Notes: generated by a model from the sequence alone, not told the origin. A stretch of DNA of 64,000 bases from an uncultured Hyphomonadaceae bacterium (GCA_964342355.1 CAYFFG010000004.1:154975-218974); one strand, 5' to 3'; shown: positions 46,177-56,497, counted from the stretch's first letter. A program made the numbers and translations.

Positions 46177-46341
46177 TCAATCGTCTTTAGACTGACGATG
46201 ATCTTTTATGGAACGAACATTGTTCGATCCATCGCCTTTATCGTCCAGATCATCATCCGGTTTCTTTTTGAAAAAAAATGGCGCGAGAAAAGCGGCAATA
46301 AGGGCGATGACAATCGCAAAGAAAATAAGGCGGCCTACCAT
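46177..46341 (-). CDS. Small single-pass membrane protein (54 aa)
   Basis: GGAG SD, then MVGRLIFFAIVIALIAAFLAPFFFKKKPDDDLDDKGDGSNNVRSIKDHRQSKDD; 3 bp after the methyltransferase stop; not in ORF track. Confidence 0.75.
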   Translation of the reverse strand: MVGRLIFFAIVIALIAAFLAPFFFKKKPDDDLDDKGDGSNNVRSIKDHRQSKDD

Positions 46342-46344
46342 TTT

Positions 46345-47103
46345 CTATCTCCACTCTAATTCCGCACCATCCATCAGCGCTGCCGCCCGAGACGTAAGCG
46401 TACGATCAGGACCATCGTATAGCGTCAAACCATCATAAAGCACGACATCACCTTTGCGTAGACTCTTGCGCGCTGTCACTAGGATTCGTTTAGCTGGTTG
46501 GCCCGCATAAGGCTTGATGGGCATCACCTGTATTTCGCCAAACCTTGTCAGCATAAACGCCAGAATATCCCCTAAAGCCGCTGCTCTGTGCACCAACGTT
46601 ACCCGGCCTTTGGGACGAACAGCATGCAACATGAATTTCAACCACACCTCCAGAGATACGTCCGCAAGGTACGCCCCATCTTTGCCTTCTCCTAAGGTTT
46701 GAATCGCATCAGGATCAAAATATGGCGGATTGGCAAAGACGTGATCATAGGCATTAAGAAAATCATCTGGGCGAAAAGAAACGTCTCCCTCAAACACCTC
46801 GACACGCGCTTCAAGGCCATTCGCAGTAACGTTTTCCTTCGCAAGCGCAAGCATGCGCCCATCTCTTTCAAGACCAGAAAATCGGCACTCTTGCAGTCTC
46901 GTGGCGGCGCATAAAAGCGCTGCGCCTGCTCCGCAGCCAGCTTCTAAGAGTTTATCTTTTGGTTTTGCCATGATCGACCCCGCCAGCAATACGGCGTCCA
47001 GCCCTGCTCGATACCCTCGTTTTTGCTGTTTCAAAGATATCGTTTCGTTCAACAGCCAGTCTGAAGTCGTCTCAAACGCCCCCGTATCAGGTGTCATATT
47101 CAT
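46345..47103 (-). CDS. tRNA1(Val) (adenine37-N6)-methyltransferase-like (YfiC/TrmN6)
   Basis: QQKRGYRAGLDAVLLA, EAGCGAGA, ANPPYF, AKRILV. Confidence 0.9.
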   Translation of the reverse strand: MNMTPDTGAFETTSDWLLNETISLKQQKRGYRAGLDAVLLAGSIMAKPKDKLLEAGCGAGAALLCAATRLQECRFSGLERDGRMLALAKENVTANGLEARVEVFEGDVSFRPDDFLNAYDHVFANPPYFDPDAIQTLGEGKDGAYLADVSLEVWLKFMLHAVRPKGRVTLVHRAAALGDILAFMLTRFGEIQVMPIKPYAGQPAKRILVTARKSLRKGDVVLYDGLTLYDGPDRTLTSRAAALMDGAELEWR

Positions 47104-47299
47104 CTAGCTCTTTTAAAACGGACTTTGCGAGGTGCAGCTTATCTGAAGGCACCATAATCCTGCGCGGTATGGCGCCGATTGAGCCTTCAACAGAAGAAGT
47201 AAACTGGTCTGCGACAAATGGCTCACATCCGGCGTCTTCAAGAAGAGCCGCTGCATAACTAAGTCGTACAGGGTTGTTTGTGCGGAGAACTTCTTTCAT
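47087..47299 (-). CDS. DUF2007-domain small protein
   Basis: MKEVLRTNNPVRLSYAAALLEDAG...FVAD...EGSIGAIPRRIMV. Confidence 0.85.
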   Translation of the reverse strand: MKEVLRTNNPVRLSYAAALLEDAGCEPFVADQFTSSVEGSIGAIPRRIMVPSDKLHLAKSVLKELDEYDT

Positions 47300-47469
47300 C
47301 TGAACCATCTGAGCTACGATAAGAAAAACAAGTCACGTCTTCGCGACCTTTGCGTCAAATTCTTGACGCCAAAGTCGCTCGGCGAATAACTTGCGCAAAA
47401 TAAGATTCCAGCGCAAACAACACGCCAGAAACGTTATGATACACATTGCATCCATCAAGGGAGCCGTAT

Positions 47470-48492
47470 TTGGCCTTTAACGCACAGATCGCTGAAGGGT
47501 CGCAAGAGAAGATGTCTCCTATGGATCATCTCTCCTCAATGTTGTCTGACGACCTTCAGACTGTTGAAAATTTACTCCAATCACGTGCTGCAAGTCCGGT
47601 GGAAACCATTCCGAACATGTCGGGATATCTGATTGGCGCCGGCGGTAAACGGTTGCGCCCACTGATTACGATCGCGTCTGCGTACGCGGCTGGAGGGACA
47701 GGCAGTGACCCGCTGCACAAACTGTCTGCGGCGGTGGAGTTTATCCATACCGCCACTTTGCTGCATGATGATGTGGTCGATGAAAGCGATCTGCGTCGCG
47801 GAAAAAAAGCCGCCAAGAATGTATGGGGCAACTCAGCCTCTATTCTAGTCGGTGACTTTCTGTTTGCACGCGCGTTCACTTTGATGGTGGAAACACGCTC
47901 TCTTCGGATTCTCGACATTTTATCCAATGCGTCATGTGTCATTGCAGAAGGCGAAGTGAAACAGCTGGCCGCGATTGGTCGCGCTGATTTGCCGGTTTCA
48001 GAATACATGGACATTGTTGAAGCAAAAACAGCAGCTTTGTTTGAGGCTGCCGCGCGGGCAGGCGCTCTTACGGTTACTCCTGAAGGCGCACTTTCTGATT
48101 CTTTAGCAGAATATGGTCGCCGTTTGGGGCGCGCATTCCAATTGGTCGATGACGCTCTGGATTATGGCGGCGTCACCAGCATTATCGGAAAATCGGTTGG
48201 CGACGACTTCCGCGAAGGCAAACTGACATTACCCGTTTTGATCGCGCGTGAACGTGGTGGCGCTGAAGATAAATCCTTCTGGGATCGCGCTATGGTTGTC
48301 GCTACTCAGGAAGAATCAGACCTTGAACAGGCAATCGCGCGCATCAAGGAAACCAAATCCGTTGAAGCAACACTGGATGCCGCCCGCGAGGAAGCAAATC
48401 TTGCTAAAGCGGCATTACTGGACATGCCAGGAAAAAAACACGCAAGAGCATTATCTGATATTGCTGATTTCTGCGTTGATCGGGCCTATTAG
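47470..48492 (+). CDS. ispB: Polyprenyl (octa/decaprenyl) diphosphate synthase
   Basis: GGKRLRP, LLHDDVVDESDLRRG, LVGDFL, FQLVDD, VGDDFREGK; TTG at 47470 follows GGAG. Confidence 0.95.
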   Translation: MAFNAQIAEGSQEKMSPMDHLSSMLSDDLQTVENLLQSRAASPVETIPNMSGYLIGAGGKRLRPLITIASAYAAGGTGSDPLHKLSAAVEFIHTATLLHDDVVDESDLRRGKKAAKNVWGNSASILVGDFLFARAFTLMVETRSLRILDILSNASCVIAEGEVKQLAAIGRADLPVSEYMDIVEAKTAALFEAAARAGALTVTPEGALSDSLAEYGRRLGRAFQLVDDALDYGGVTSIIGKSVGDDFREGKLTLPVLIARERGGAEDKSFWDRAMVVATQEESDLEQAIARIKETKSVEATLDAAREEANLAKAALLDMPGKKHARALSDIADFCVDRAY

Positions 48493-48498
48493 GCTAAC

Positions 48499-49572
48499 CT
48501 ATTCTGCAGCGTCCTGAATTTCAGATGTTGCTTTAGGAACGTCCAACATTCCAACAGCAATTGCCGCGCGCCGTATGCGAACGTGCATCCAGCACCCAAG
48601 CAATGCCACACCAATAAAAATGACCAGCGGCGCTTCATACCCTATAATTGCGCCCGCAAATGCTAAGGCGGCACAGTTTGCAGCGATCATCCAATGACCG
48701 ACTGCAACTTGCCAATGTTTGAGTAAAAGGGGTGGCTTAAGTCCGAGTTGATAGACGTGTTGGGAATGCGCTTCCCAGAAGTTTTCTCCCTTTTTGACCC
48801 TATAGTTCAGGGTGAGCAGAACATCGACTAGGAAAGGCGAAAGCAAAATTGGCGGTATCCAAACAAAGTCTGGACGCGCCTTTATCAAAAGAATGGAAAA
48901 ACCTGCCAGCAAAACACCGACAGCAAGAGATCCAGCATCTCCAGCAAAAAGTTTTCCAGCGACATTCCAGATCAGAAATCCAAGCAGCGCGCCAGTCAGA
49001 CCGGCTGCCGCCAACGCTATTTCCCACTCCCCGATAAAAGCCGTGATCGCGCAAAAGCCCATGGACGCAAACATAGCCATGCCCATGGAAACACCGTTTG
49101 CGCCATCCATGAAGTTAACTGCATTGACCAACAACAACATCCAGCACAATGCCAAAACACCGCCTATCACCGGCCCAAAAGTTCGAATTTTTCCAAACCC
49201 AGGTTCCAAGCTTTCAATATAAACGCCGGAAAATACAATGGCGACGCATATAGCAAGCTGAAGCCCCAGTTTTATTTTGGCGTTGATATCCCAAAGATCA
49301 TCGCTCAAACCGACCAGCATCATCGCCAGCGCTCCGACACTAAGTCCTAGAAGCGCAGGATCATTAAACGGCGAAGCCGGAACACATGCGAGCCCAACTG
49401 GTATAGCTGCTAAAAAGCCAACGCCGCCAGAACTTGGCACAGCTGATTTTTGAGCTTCCCTTTTGCGCGCATTGATTGGCGAATCCATCAATCCGACTGC
49501 GATCATTGCGCGGCAAAAGATAATCGCAGCGGCGAGCGCAATCAGGCTGACTATAAATATGTTCAATGTCAT
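48499..49572 (-). CDS. Glycosyltransferase family 4 (WecA/MraY-like polyprenyl-phosphate HexNAc-1-P transferase)
   Basis: PSSGG, GLSDD, NAVNFMDGANG, FAGDAGS, HSQHVYQ. Confidence 0.9.
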   Translation of the reverse strand: MTLNIFIVSLIALAAAIIFCRAMIAVGLMDSPINARKREAQKSAVPSSGGVGFLAAIPVGLACVPASPFNDPALLGLSVGALAMMLVGLSDDLWDINAKIKLGLQLAICVAIVFSGVYIESLEPGFGKIRTFGPVIGGVLALCWMLLLVNAVNFMDGANGVSMGMAMFASMGFCAITAFIGEWEIALAAAGLTGALLGFLIWNVAGKLFAGDAGSLAVGVLLAGFSILLIKARPDFVWIPPILLSPFLVDVLLTLNYRVKKGENFWEAHSQHVYQLGLKPPLLLKHWQVAVGHWMIAANCAALAFAGAIIGYEAPLVIFIGVALLGCWMHVRIRRAAIAVGMLDVPKATSEIQDAAE

Positions 49573-49615
49573 TGGTGAAACTCTCGCCTGCTCATTTACA
49601 GGTTCATAGAGGGCA

Positions 49616-50515
49616 TTAGCGGGAACCGGTCAGCATTGTCGGCTTCACCCACCATTTCTTCTTTTTTGACGAAATTGACACAGCAGCCTGTTGAGCAGCT
49701 TCAAACGTCTCAAACAAAGCAAAACAAGTTGAACCGCTTCCAGACATTCGTGAAAGCAGTGCGCCCTCTTCCGCCTCAAGTATCTGGATCACTTCCTTGA
49801 CCACGGAATTTATAGCGAATGCGGGCGCTTCTAAATCATTTCCGTAGCGTTTCAGAGATCTCGCCAAAGTGGCGACATCAGTCTCTCCCACTGGCGGATC
49901 ACGTTCAACAAAGTTACCGCCTAACCCATGCATGTCGAATTTCTTGTAAACGTCAGCTGTGGACAGCTTAACGCCCGGATTAACCAGAATTGCTGGAATG
50001 TCATGCATGTGCGCTTTGGAGAGATGTTCACCCTCTCCGCGCATTACAACAGGTTCCCCCATAAGGCAGGCAGGCACATCAGCCCCTAATTCACCAGCAA
50101 GCCCGATCAGCGCCTGGTCTCCAAATCCGATATCCCAATAGTGGTTGAGCGCTTGTAACGTGGCGGCAGCATCCGCAGAACCGCCGCCAATGCCAGCAGC
50201 CGTTGGTAACTCTTTTAATAAGGATATCGCGGCGCCAAGATCTGTGCGACCAGCCGCCTCCCTTAAAAGCGCTGCAGCCTTGAGAACAAGGTTCTGCTTT
50301 TCCCCCTTAAGCGCTTTAGACAAAGAGCCCTCGACCGTCAGTGACAAACCTTTCTGAGGACGCACAATAATCCGGTCTGCACAGCGCGCATCGGCAAACA
50401 TCACCAGGCTATCCAAAGGATGACGACCGTTTGCGTTTGGCTTTCCCACGTGGAGATAGAGATTCACCTTTGCTGGCGCCCAGGCAGACGTCAGGCTCGT
50501 CGCTGAATCGATCAT
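49616..50515 (-). CDS. ispE: 4-(cytidine 5'-diphospho)-2-C-methyl-D-erythritol kinase
   Basis: APAKVNLYLHV, KELPTAAGIGGGSADAA, LGADVPAC, RMSGSGSTCF. Confidence 0.96.
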   Translation of the reverse strand: MIDSATSLTSAWAPAKVNLYLHVGKPNANGRHPLDSLVMFADARCADRIIVRPQKGLSLTVEGSLSKALKGEKQNLVLKAAALLREAAGRTDLGAAISLLKELPTAAGIGGGSADAAATLQALNHYWDIGFGDQALIGLAGELGADVPACLMGEPVVMRGEGEHLSKAHMHDIPAILVNPGVKLSTADVYKKFDMHGLGGNFVERDPPVGETDVATLARSLKRYGNDLEAPAFAINSVVKEVIQILEAEEGALLSRMSGSGSTCFALFETFEAAQQAAVSISSKKKKWWVKPTMLTGSR

Positions 50516-50519
50516 ATAA

Positions 50520-52268
50520 CTACTCGAAGTCTGATTGCGTGCTGTAAGCTTCCACTAACGTATCTGGCGCATTGAGGCCATCACGAAGTTTCACTTGGCT
50601 TTGTGCTTTTAGCGCGTCATCGCGAGAATACTCCACCACACGCCCCCACTGGAACTGAGCTTGGCGTGTTTGGCCAATCTTCCAATAAGCGTCGCCTAAG
50701 TGGTCATTGATCGTCGGATCTGCCGGATCAAGCGCAGCAGCTTCCTCTAGAACTTCAACTGCCTTTTCAAAATGACCAAGGCGATAATACGCCCATCCCA
50801 AACTGTCACGAATGTAACCTGCATCTGGCCGCTTACTGACAGCCTGCAGGATCATCTGAAATCCAGCCTCAACATTTATGCCGCGATCTACCCAGGAATA
50901 TCCAAGATAATTTAATAACTCAGGTGTCTCAGGCGCTAAGGACAACGATTCCATCAAATCATTCTCAGCCCCAGCCCAGTTACCCTGTTTATCGCGCACG
51001 CCAGCTCGTGCAAACAACACGCGCCAGTCTACAATCCCGCGCGTAGCGTCTTTATCTAAAACGCTAGTATATGTGATTTCAGCGTCCTCATATCGACCCA
51101 GCAGAGCGTAGATTTCGCCGACCTTCATTTGCAAAGACCGCCCTGCGCCGACATCCATAGCCTTGCGAGCAGCTTTAAGCGCAAGGTCATCTTGCTGCAT
51201 ATCATAAAAAACCGCAGCCTGACGGGCCTTTGCAGCAGCAAGATAAATTGATTTGTCACTTATCTCATTCAGGATGTCGTTGGCCTTTTCAAACTCACCG
51301 CGCGATGACAAAAGATCCGACAACAAGATAGCGACAGGCTCGTTTTCCGGGTCCGCCATGCGCGCAAGGACCAGATATATAGTCGCCATTTCCTGTTGGC
51401 GACGCGCTAGGTGTTGAGAAGCATAAGCGAAGTAGATGGTGGCGGCGCCCTGTCTGGAATTAAGGCGTGACAGCTTTATAACTTCACCAGCTTTGATCTG
51501 CCCACTCAGGTAATCGATAAGCGGGTTATCGCCAATACTGATATAATATTCTTCGACCAGTTCACGTGCCTTTTGGTGGTCTCCGTTACTGGCGACCAAG
51601 CGAATATAGGTGTCCGCTCCGTGAGCAAAGCGAGCGCCATTCTTCCAGCCTTCTTCAAAGGCTTTGAGGGCAATTTCATCCTCGCCACGCGCGACAAGTT
51701 CAAGCCCTAGAAGGAAATACCCTAGCCCATCTTTAACGGGCGCGTTGAAATCAGTTTGAGAGCTATGGTTATCTATCGTCGCCCAGATCGTCAGGTGTTT
51801 ATCCAACCCCGGATCAAAAGGGGTTTTTTGATTGTCCTTCAGGATCTGTAATGCTTGATCCGGTTTTTCTTCTGCAAATGCTTTAGCAGTCAGAAGAAGG
51901 CGAATTAGTGGGGCATTTTCAGACGTTTCCCTTGGCGCTTCCAGCGCTAGCTCCACCGCTTTTTCAGGACGAAGCGCCGCAAGCTCATAGGCGACCGCTC
52001 GTTCTAGAAGGTCAAGGCTTTCAGGTTGCCGCCCCAATGCGCTGCTGTAAAAATGAGCGGCAGCACTTTCGTCTTCAACTAATGACGCGTATCGGGCGCT
52101 AAGATGATCTGAATAATTGTCAGCATTTAAAGGGCGTGACTGATCGGAAAGTGCAGACAGACGTTTGGAGTCGGCGCCAAGGAGGTCTCCCCCAAGACAG
52201 CCATAAAGCCCCAATACCGCAATGATCGCCATAGCGACATGCGGTTTTATAACCAAACGATGCGTCAT
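50520..52268 (-). CDS. Tetratricopeptide-repeat lipoprotein
   Basis: Lipobox LYGC; LNYLGYSW, DSLGWAYY, DPTINDHLGDAYW. Confidence 0.9.
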   Translation of the reverse strand: MTHRLVIKPHVAMAIIAVLGLYGCLGGDLLGADSKRLSALSDQSRPLNADNYSDHLSARYASLVEDESAAAHFYSSALGRQPESLDLLERAVAYELAALRPEKAVELALEAPRETSENAPLIRLLLTAKAFAEEKPDQALQILKDNQKTPFDPGLDKHLTIWATIDNHSSQTDFNAPVKDGLGYFLLGLELVARGEDEIALKAFEEGWKNGARFAHGADTYIRLVASNGDHQKARELVEEYYISIGDNPLIDYLSGQIKAGEVIKLSRLNSRQGAATIYFAYASQHLARRQQEMATIYLVLARMADPENEPVAILLSDLLSSRGEFEKANDILNEISDKSIYLAAAKARQAAVFYDMQQDDLALKAARKAMDVGAGRSLQMKVGEIYALLGRYEDAEITYTSVLDKDATRGIVDWRVLFARAGVRDKQGNWAGAENDLMESLSLAPETPELLNYLGYSWVDRGINVEAGFQMILQAVSKRPDAGYIRDSLGWAYYRLGHFEKAVEVLEEAAALDPADPTINDHLGDAYWKIGQTRQAQFQWGRVVEYSRDDALKAQSQVKLRDGLNAPDTLVEAYSTQSDFE

Positions 52269-52327
52269 AAATCTACGTCCTGCTCCATCGGGCGATCAAT
52301 TTTGACAACGCCAGCGCGGAATAAGCG

Positions 52328-54277
52328 CTAGATGTCCTGTGTCGGTTCAGGAGCTTCTTCCGTAGGCACAAAAGGTGGCGCGCGTTTTTGCGGTTCCGGG
52401 AGATTTAACCCGTTCTGCAATCGGTCTTGTAACTCTGCAGTTTCTTTCCGTGGCGGACGGGCGTTCAAGCTCTTCTGCCATTGCGTCATAGCATCCTGCT
52501 GGCGTCCAAGTCGCCAGTAGATGTCACCAAGGTGCGCATGAAGCTCCCAGTTTGAGAAAGGCTTATAGAGCTCCATTGCCTGTTCGACTAGTGTTTTTGC
52601 GCGCTCATACTCACCGTACTGATAATACGCCCATCCAAGACTATCCAATAAATTAGGTTCAAATGGCGTGATCCGGTTTGCGCGACGAAGCAATCTATAA
52701 CCACGATCAAGCTCAGCTGTGTTGCGCGGTCCATCGACTAGAGAATATCCATAGTTATTCATAATGCCTGCGTCGTCGGGTGATTGCTCGAAGAGATCCG
52801 CGTAAATTTCTAATCCCTCATCCCGCGTGTCCGATGTCTCGGTCAGAAGCGAGGCTAGGAAGCCCTGTGTCGCCGTGGAATCCACAAATCCAACAGCATT
52901 ACGCGCCGCTTTTTGAGCGCCCTTCACATCTCCATGTTGCATGCGTGCGTCCGCCAATCCCATCATAGCGAATGACTGATCTTCCTCACTCAGCTCCAGG
53001 TCTTTGCGCTTAAGCGTATCCAGAAGCAGGTCCTCTGCTTCTTCTGATTGCCCTGATCGCACCCACAGGTCAGCGGCCATCAGCGGCCCATAAACATCAC
53101 CTGATAATTTAAGCGATGTCGCAATCAGCTCATTCATTCGCTCAACGTTGCCCGCTTCAAGGTGAGATTCCGCTGCGCGCAGCATCAATCCCGCTTTTTC
53201 TTCATCGCTATTGGTCACTGTCTGCAACGCCAACTCAGCAGCGGCGCTAAAATAGCCGTGGGCGTAAAGATGACGCGCTTCTGAGTCACGTACGGAGCTG
53301 TTGAGAGGATCCAACAAAAGCGCACTTTGACGAAGGGCGCTCACAAAATGGTTGAATGGCGCTTCAGCTCCTTTGGCCAGCACCACACCTGCAACCATCT
53401 GACGTTCTTCAAGTAATGCTGCCTGATCATTCAAAGCTGCCGCCAATGCTGTTTCCAGCGTGACAAAAGCAGGCTTTTCCCAGTCGTCGTCATCAATAGA
53501 TGTCAATTTGTGACGAGTATAGGCATCGTTTTCGTGCGCTTCTAATAACGCATTATAAATCGAAACTGCTTCTTCAGTGCGATCTAGTTTGATGAGTAAT
53601 TCTGCATGACGGAGCGCCAGCAAACGTTCCGTACTATACACGATATAACGGGTAAAAGTCTCTGGCGAGCTTTCTTCTTCGTCGTCAGGTCGGTCGAAAG
53701 CTTTTGGTCCGCGCGAATAAATCTCTAACGCGTCATCATAACGCCCTAAACCTTCCAGAAACAAAGCGCGATGACCGCGGTAAAGATGGTTGGGCATTTG
53801 CAACGCGAGCCCATCAAAGGCTTTTAAGGCGGCGTCTTCTTGCTCATTCGCAGCCATTACCCAAGGACGAAGATAATTGGCAGACATAACTGTCCACTGT
53901 CCCCGGCCAGGCATCGCATCAATGACATCCAGAGCTTCTGATGTCTGTGAAGCTAGCAGCATATCCACCGCAGCAAATCCCCAAGCACCGGAATTGGCCT
54001 TATCTTCATACGATTTGCGAGTCTGAAGCATGAACGCCGCCATGTCGGCGTTCTCTAAGGCAGCTTCAACATTGGCATAACTTTCTGGCGGACGCTGAGC
54101 GGTAGCGGCGGCAGCAAACGATACGCCCATGGGTGAAACCCCCATTTTATGCGCATTGGGCGAAACTGGCGATATAGAAGTCGACTGAGTGTCGGATGAT
54201 AATGTCGTTGCGCAACCAGCTGTTAGAACGATTGCCGCAATACCAGCGCTTAGAACGCTGTTCAAACCACCACGCAT
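52328..54277 (-). CDS. Tetratricopeptide-repeat lipoprotein (paralog)
   Basis: Lipobox TAGC; MNNYGYSL, DSLGWAYY, HLGDIYWRLG. Confidence 0.88.
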   Translation of the reverse strand: MRGGLNSVLSAGIAAIVLTAGCATTLSSDTQSTSISPVSPNAHKMGVSPMGVSFAAAATAQRPPESYANVEAALENADMAAFMLQTRKSYEDKANSGAWGFAAVDMLLASQTSEALDVIDAMPGRGQWTVMSANYLRPWVMAANEQEDAALKAFDGLALQMPNHLYRGHRALFLEGLGRYDDALEIYSRGPKAFDRPDDEEESSPETFTRYIVYSTERLLALRHAELLIKLDRTEEAVSIYNALLEAHENDAYTRHKLTSIDDDDWEKPAFVTLETALAAALNDQAALLEERQMVAGVVLAKGAEAPFNHFVSALRQSALLLDPLNSSVRDSEARHLYAHGYFSAAAELALQTVTNSDEEKAGLMLRAAESHLEAGNVERMNELIATSLKLSGDVYGPLMAADLWVRSGQSEEAEDLLLDTLKRKDLELSEEDQSFAMMGLADARMQHGDVKGAQKAARNAVGFVDSTATQGFLASLLTETSDTRDEGLEIYADLFEQSPDDAGIMNNYGYSLVDGPRNTAELDRGYRLLRRANRITPFEPNLLDSLGWAYYQYGEYERAKTLVEQAMELYKPFSNWELHAHLGDIYWRLGRQQDAMTQWQKSLNARPPRKETAELQDRLQNGLNLPEPQKRAPPFVPTEEAPEPTQDI

Positions 54278-54408
54278 ACAAAACTCCTATGTCTTCTGCT
54301 CGAGAAGGTATCAGACCTCAATTTATGAAGAATAAAAGTCTAACAACAAAGGGGCCGAGATATGTTTTTATGACAGTTTGCAGTCAAACTCGCTTGATAA
54401 TGTCGTTT

Positions 54409-54567
54409 TCATTTGTTTCGAGACGGCTTTTTTTCTCGTGTAATTGCTGGCGGATCACTTGCTGGAAACGACTCGTCCAAGCCTTCATCCAATTGCTCAT
54501 CACGATCTCTCTTATCCTGTCGTTCAGGTGTATCTTGATGATCTTCTTTCCGAATTTTCTCGGTCAT
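54409..54567 (-). CDS. Small acidic protein with ESFPASDPP motif (52 aa)
   Basis: GGAGG SD; MTEKIRKEDHQDTPERQDKRDRDEQLDEGLDESFPASDPPAITREKKPSRNK. Confidence 0.8.
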   Translation of the reverse strand: MTEKIRKEDHQDTPERQDKRDRDEQLDEGLDESFPASDPPAITREKKPSRNK

Positions 54568-54601
54568 TACATCCTCCAATGAACATGTATGGAGAAAATA
54601 A

Positions 54602-54626
54602 AACGTCTGCCGCGCAGCCAAGTTGC
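54602..54626 (-). promoter_or_regulatory. EcfG/sigmaT-type general stress promoter candidate
   Basis: Minus strand GCAAC-N16-CGTT (consensus GGAAC-N16/17-CGTT, one mismatch). Confidence 0.6.
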
Positions 54627-54638
54627 AGCACTGACTGC

Positions 54639-54676
54639 AAAAAGAAACGCCGACGAATCTAATCGCCGGCGTTTTT
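54639..54676 (-). terminator. ETF-QO terminator
   Basis: AAACGCCG...CGGCGTTT hairpin with U-rich tails. Confidence 0.7.
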
Positions 54677-54703
54677 GAATGAGCAGCTATTCAGAAGATC
54701 TGA

Positions 54704-56389
54704 TCACATGTTCGGGTAGTTAGGTCCGCCAGCCCCTTCAGGCGTTGTCCACGTGATGTTCTGGTTTGGGTCTTTAATATCACAAGTCTTACAGTGCACG
54801 CAGTTTTGCGAGTTGATCTGGAAGACCTTCTCGCCATCTGGCTGCTCAACCCATTCATAAACACCAGCAGGGCAATAGCGGTTAGATGGTCCAGCAAATT
54901 CACCAAGCTCTGATTGAAGCTGAAGTTCCAGGTCCTTCACCTTTAGGTGGATCGGCTGATCTTCCTCGTGGTTGGTGAAAGAGTAAGACACGTTCGTCAG
55001 CTTATCAAAGGACAGAACGCCGTCTGGCTTTGGATAATCGATTGGCTTGTATTTTTTAGCTGGCTGCAGACTGGCGGCGTCCGTTTTGCCGTGGCTCAAA
55101 GAACCGCCAAACGGCGTAAACGGCGACCAACCGCCAAATAGTGACGTACACCAGAGATCAAAACCAAACAGCGGCATGCCAACCCATGTGCCAAACTTTG
55201 ACCAGAGTGGTTTTGCGTTACGCGCTTTTTTAAGGTCTTTCGCCGCCCAGCTGTTGTCGAATGCAGTCTGGTATTCCACCAATTCGTCACCCTCGCGACC
55301 GGCCTTAATGGCATCAAACGCGGCTTCAGCTGCAAGCATGCCTGTTTTCATCGCGTTGTGGCTACCCTTGATGCGCGGCACGTTCACAACACCAGCAGAA
55401 CAACCGATCAGCACACCGCCAGGGAACGTCAGTTTCGGCAGGGATTGATACCCCCCCTCGGTGATTGCGCGGGCGCCGTAAGAGATACGCTTTCCGCCCT
55501 TGAGGTGTTTTGCAACGTCATCATGATGCTTCATGCGCTGGAATTCATCATAAGGAGATATGTATGGGTTTTTGTAATTCAGGTGAACCACAAAACCGAC
55601 AGCAACATAATTATCACCAAAGTGATAAAGGAAAGACCCACCGCCTGTTTTGGAATCCAGCGGCCAACCGAATGTATGCTGAACCAGGCCCGGCTTGAAG
55701 TTTTCATCTGGCACCTGCCAGAGTTCTTTTAGACCAATACCGAATTTCTGTGGTTCTTTGCCTTCGCTGAGATTGTAGTCCTCGATGACGCGTTTCGCGA
55801 GCGAACCACGCACACCTTCAGCAATCATTACATACTTACCGTTCAGTTCCATGCCGGGCTCAGCGCCAGGCTTTTCCGTTCCGTCACGGCCAATACCCGC
55901 CACACCTGCTACAACACCTTTAATCGTGCCATCTTCACGGTAAGTGAAATCAGAGGCGGCAAAGCCCGGATAGACTTCCACGCCCAGCGCTTCAGCTTGT
56001 TCCGCCAACCAGCGACAAACGTTACCAAGAGAGGCAATGTAGTTGCCGTGGTTCTTGATCATCGGCGGGAATGCAAATTCTGGAAGGCTGATTGAACCTT
56101 CTTCGCCAAGGATTAGGAATTTGTCGCTTTTCACAGCTGTTTCCAGCGGCGCGCCTTTTTCTTTCCAATCAGGAACCAATTCATCTAGCGCGATCGGATC
56201 GATCACAGCACCGGATAGAATGTGTGCGCCTACTTCAGAACCTTTCTCCAACACGACGACGGAAAGCTCTTCTCCAGTTTCCTGTGCGCGTTGCATCAAA
56301 CGGATAGCCGCACTCAAGCCGGCCGGTCCGCCGCCAACGATGACGACGTCAAAATCCATAGACTCGCGATCGGCTGAGTCGAATGCCAT
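54704..56389 (-). CDS. Electron transfer flavoprotein-ubiquinone oxidoreductase
   Basis: VGGGPAGLSAA, GAHILSGA, GARAITEGG, RIKGSHNAM, RYCPAGVYE, NCVHCKTCDIKDP. Confidence 0.97.
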   Translation of the reverse strand: MAFDSADRESMDFDVVIVGGGPAGLSAAIRLMQRAQETGEELSVVVLEKGSEVGAHILSGAVIDPIALDELVPDWKEKGAPLETAVKSDKFLILGEEGSISLPEFAFPPMIKNHGNYIASLGNVCRWLAEQAEALGVEVYPGFAASDFTYREDGTIKGVVAGVAGIGRDGTEKPGAEPGMELNGKYVMIAEGVRGSLAKRVIEDYNLSEGKEPQKFGIGLKELWQVPDENFKPGLVQHTFGWPLDSKTGGGSFLYHFGDNYVAVGFVVHLNYKNPYISPYDEFQRMKHHDDVAKHLKGGKRISYGARAITEGGYQSLPKLTFPGGVLIGCSAGVVNVPRIKGSHNAMKTGMLAAEAAFDAIKAGREGDELVEYQTAFDNSWAAKDLKKARNAKPLWSKFGTWVGMPLFGFDLWCTSLFGGWSPFTPFGGSLSHGKTDAASLQPAKKYKPIDYPKPDGVLSFDKLTNVSYSFTNHEEDQPIHLKVKDLELQLQSELGEFAGPSNRYCPAGVYEWVEQPDGEKVFQINSQNCVHCKTCDIKDPNQNITWTTPEGAGGPNYPNM

Positions 56390-56497
56390 TTCTTTCTCCC
56401 GAAACACCTAGCGTGTGTTTGTATTTGTCTACTAAACTGTCTTCGTGACGCTTTAGACGTTATTGCACTGCAAAAAAAGAGGCGTATAGATCTCAAA

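Noticed and set aside
45853-46438. ORF-track calls 45853-46080, 45980-46180, 46168-46359 and 46208-46438
   Set aside because: No RBS or recognisable features; the region is better explained by the 35-aa and 54-aa minus-strand ORFs
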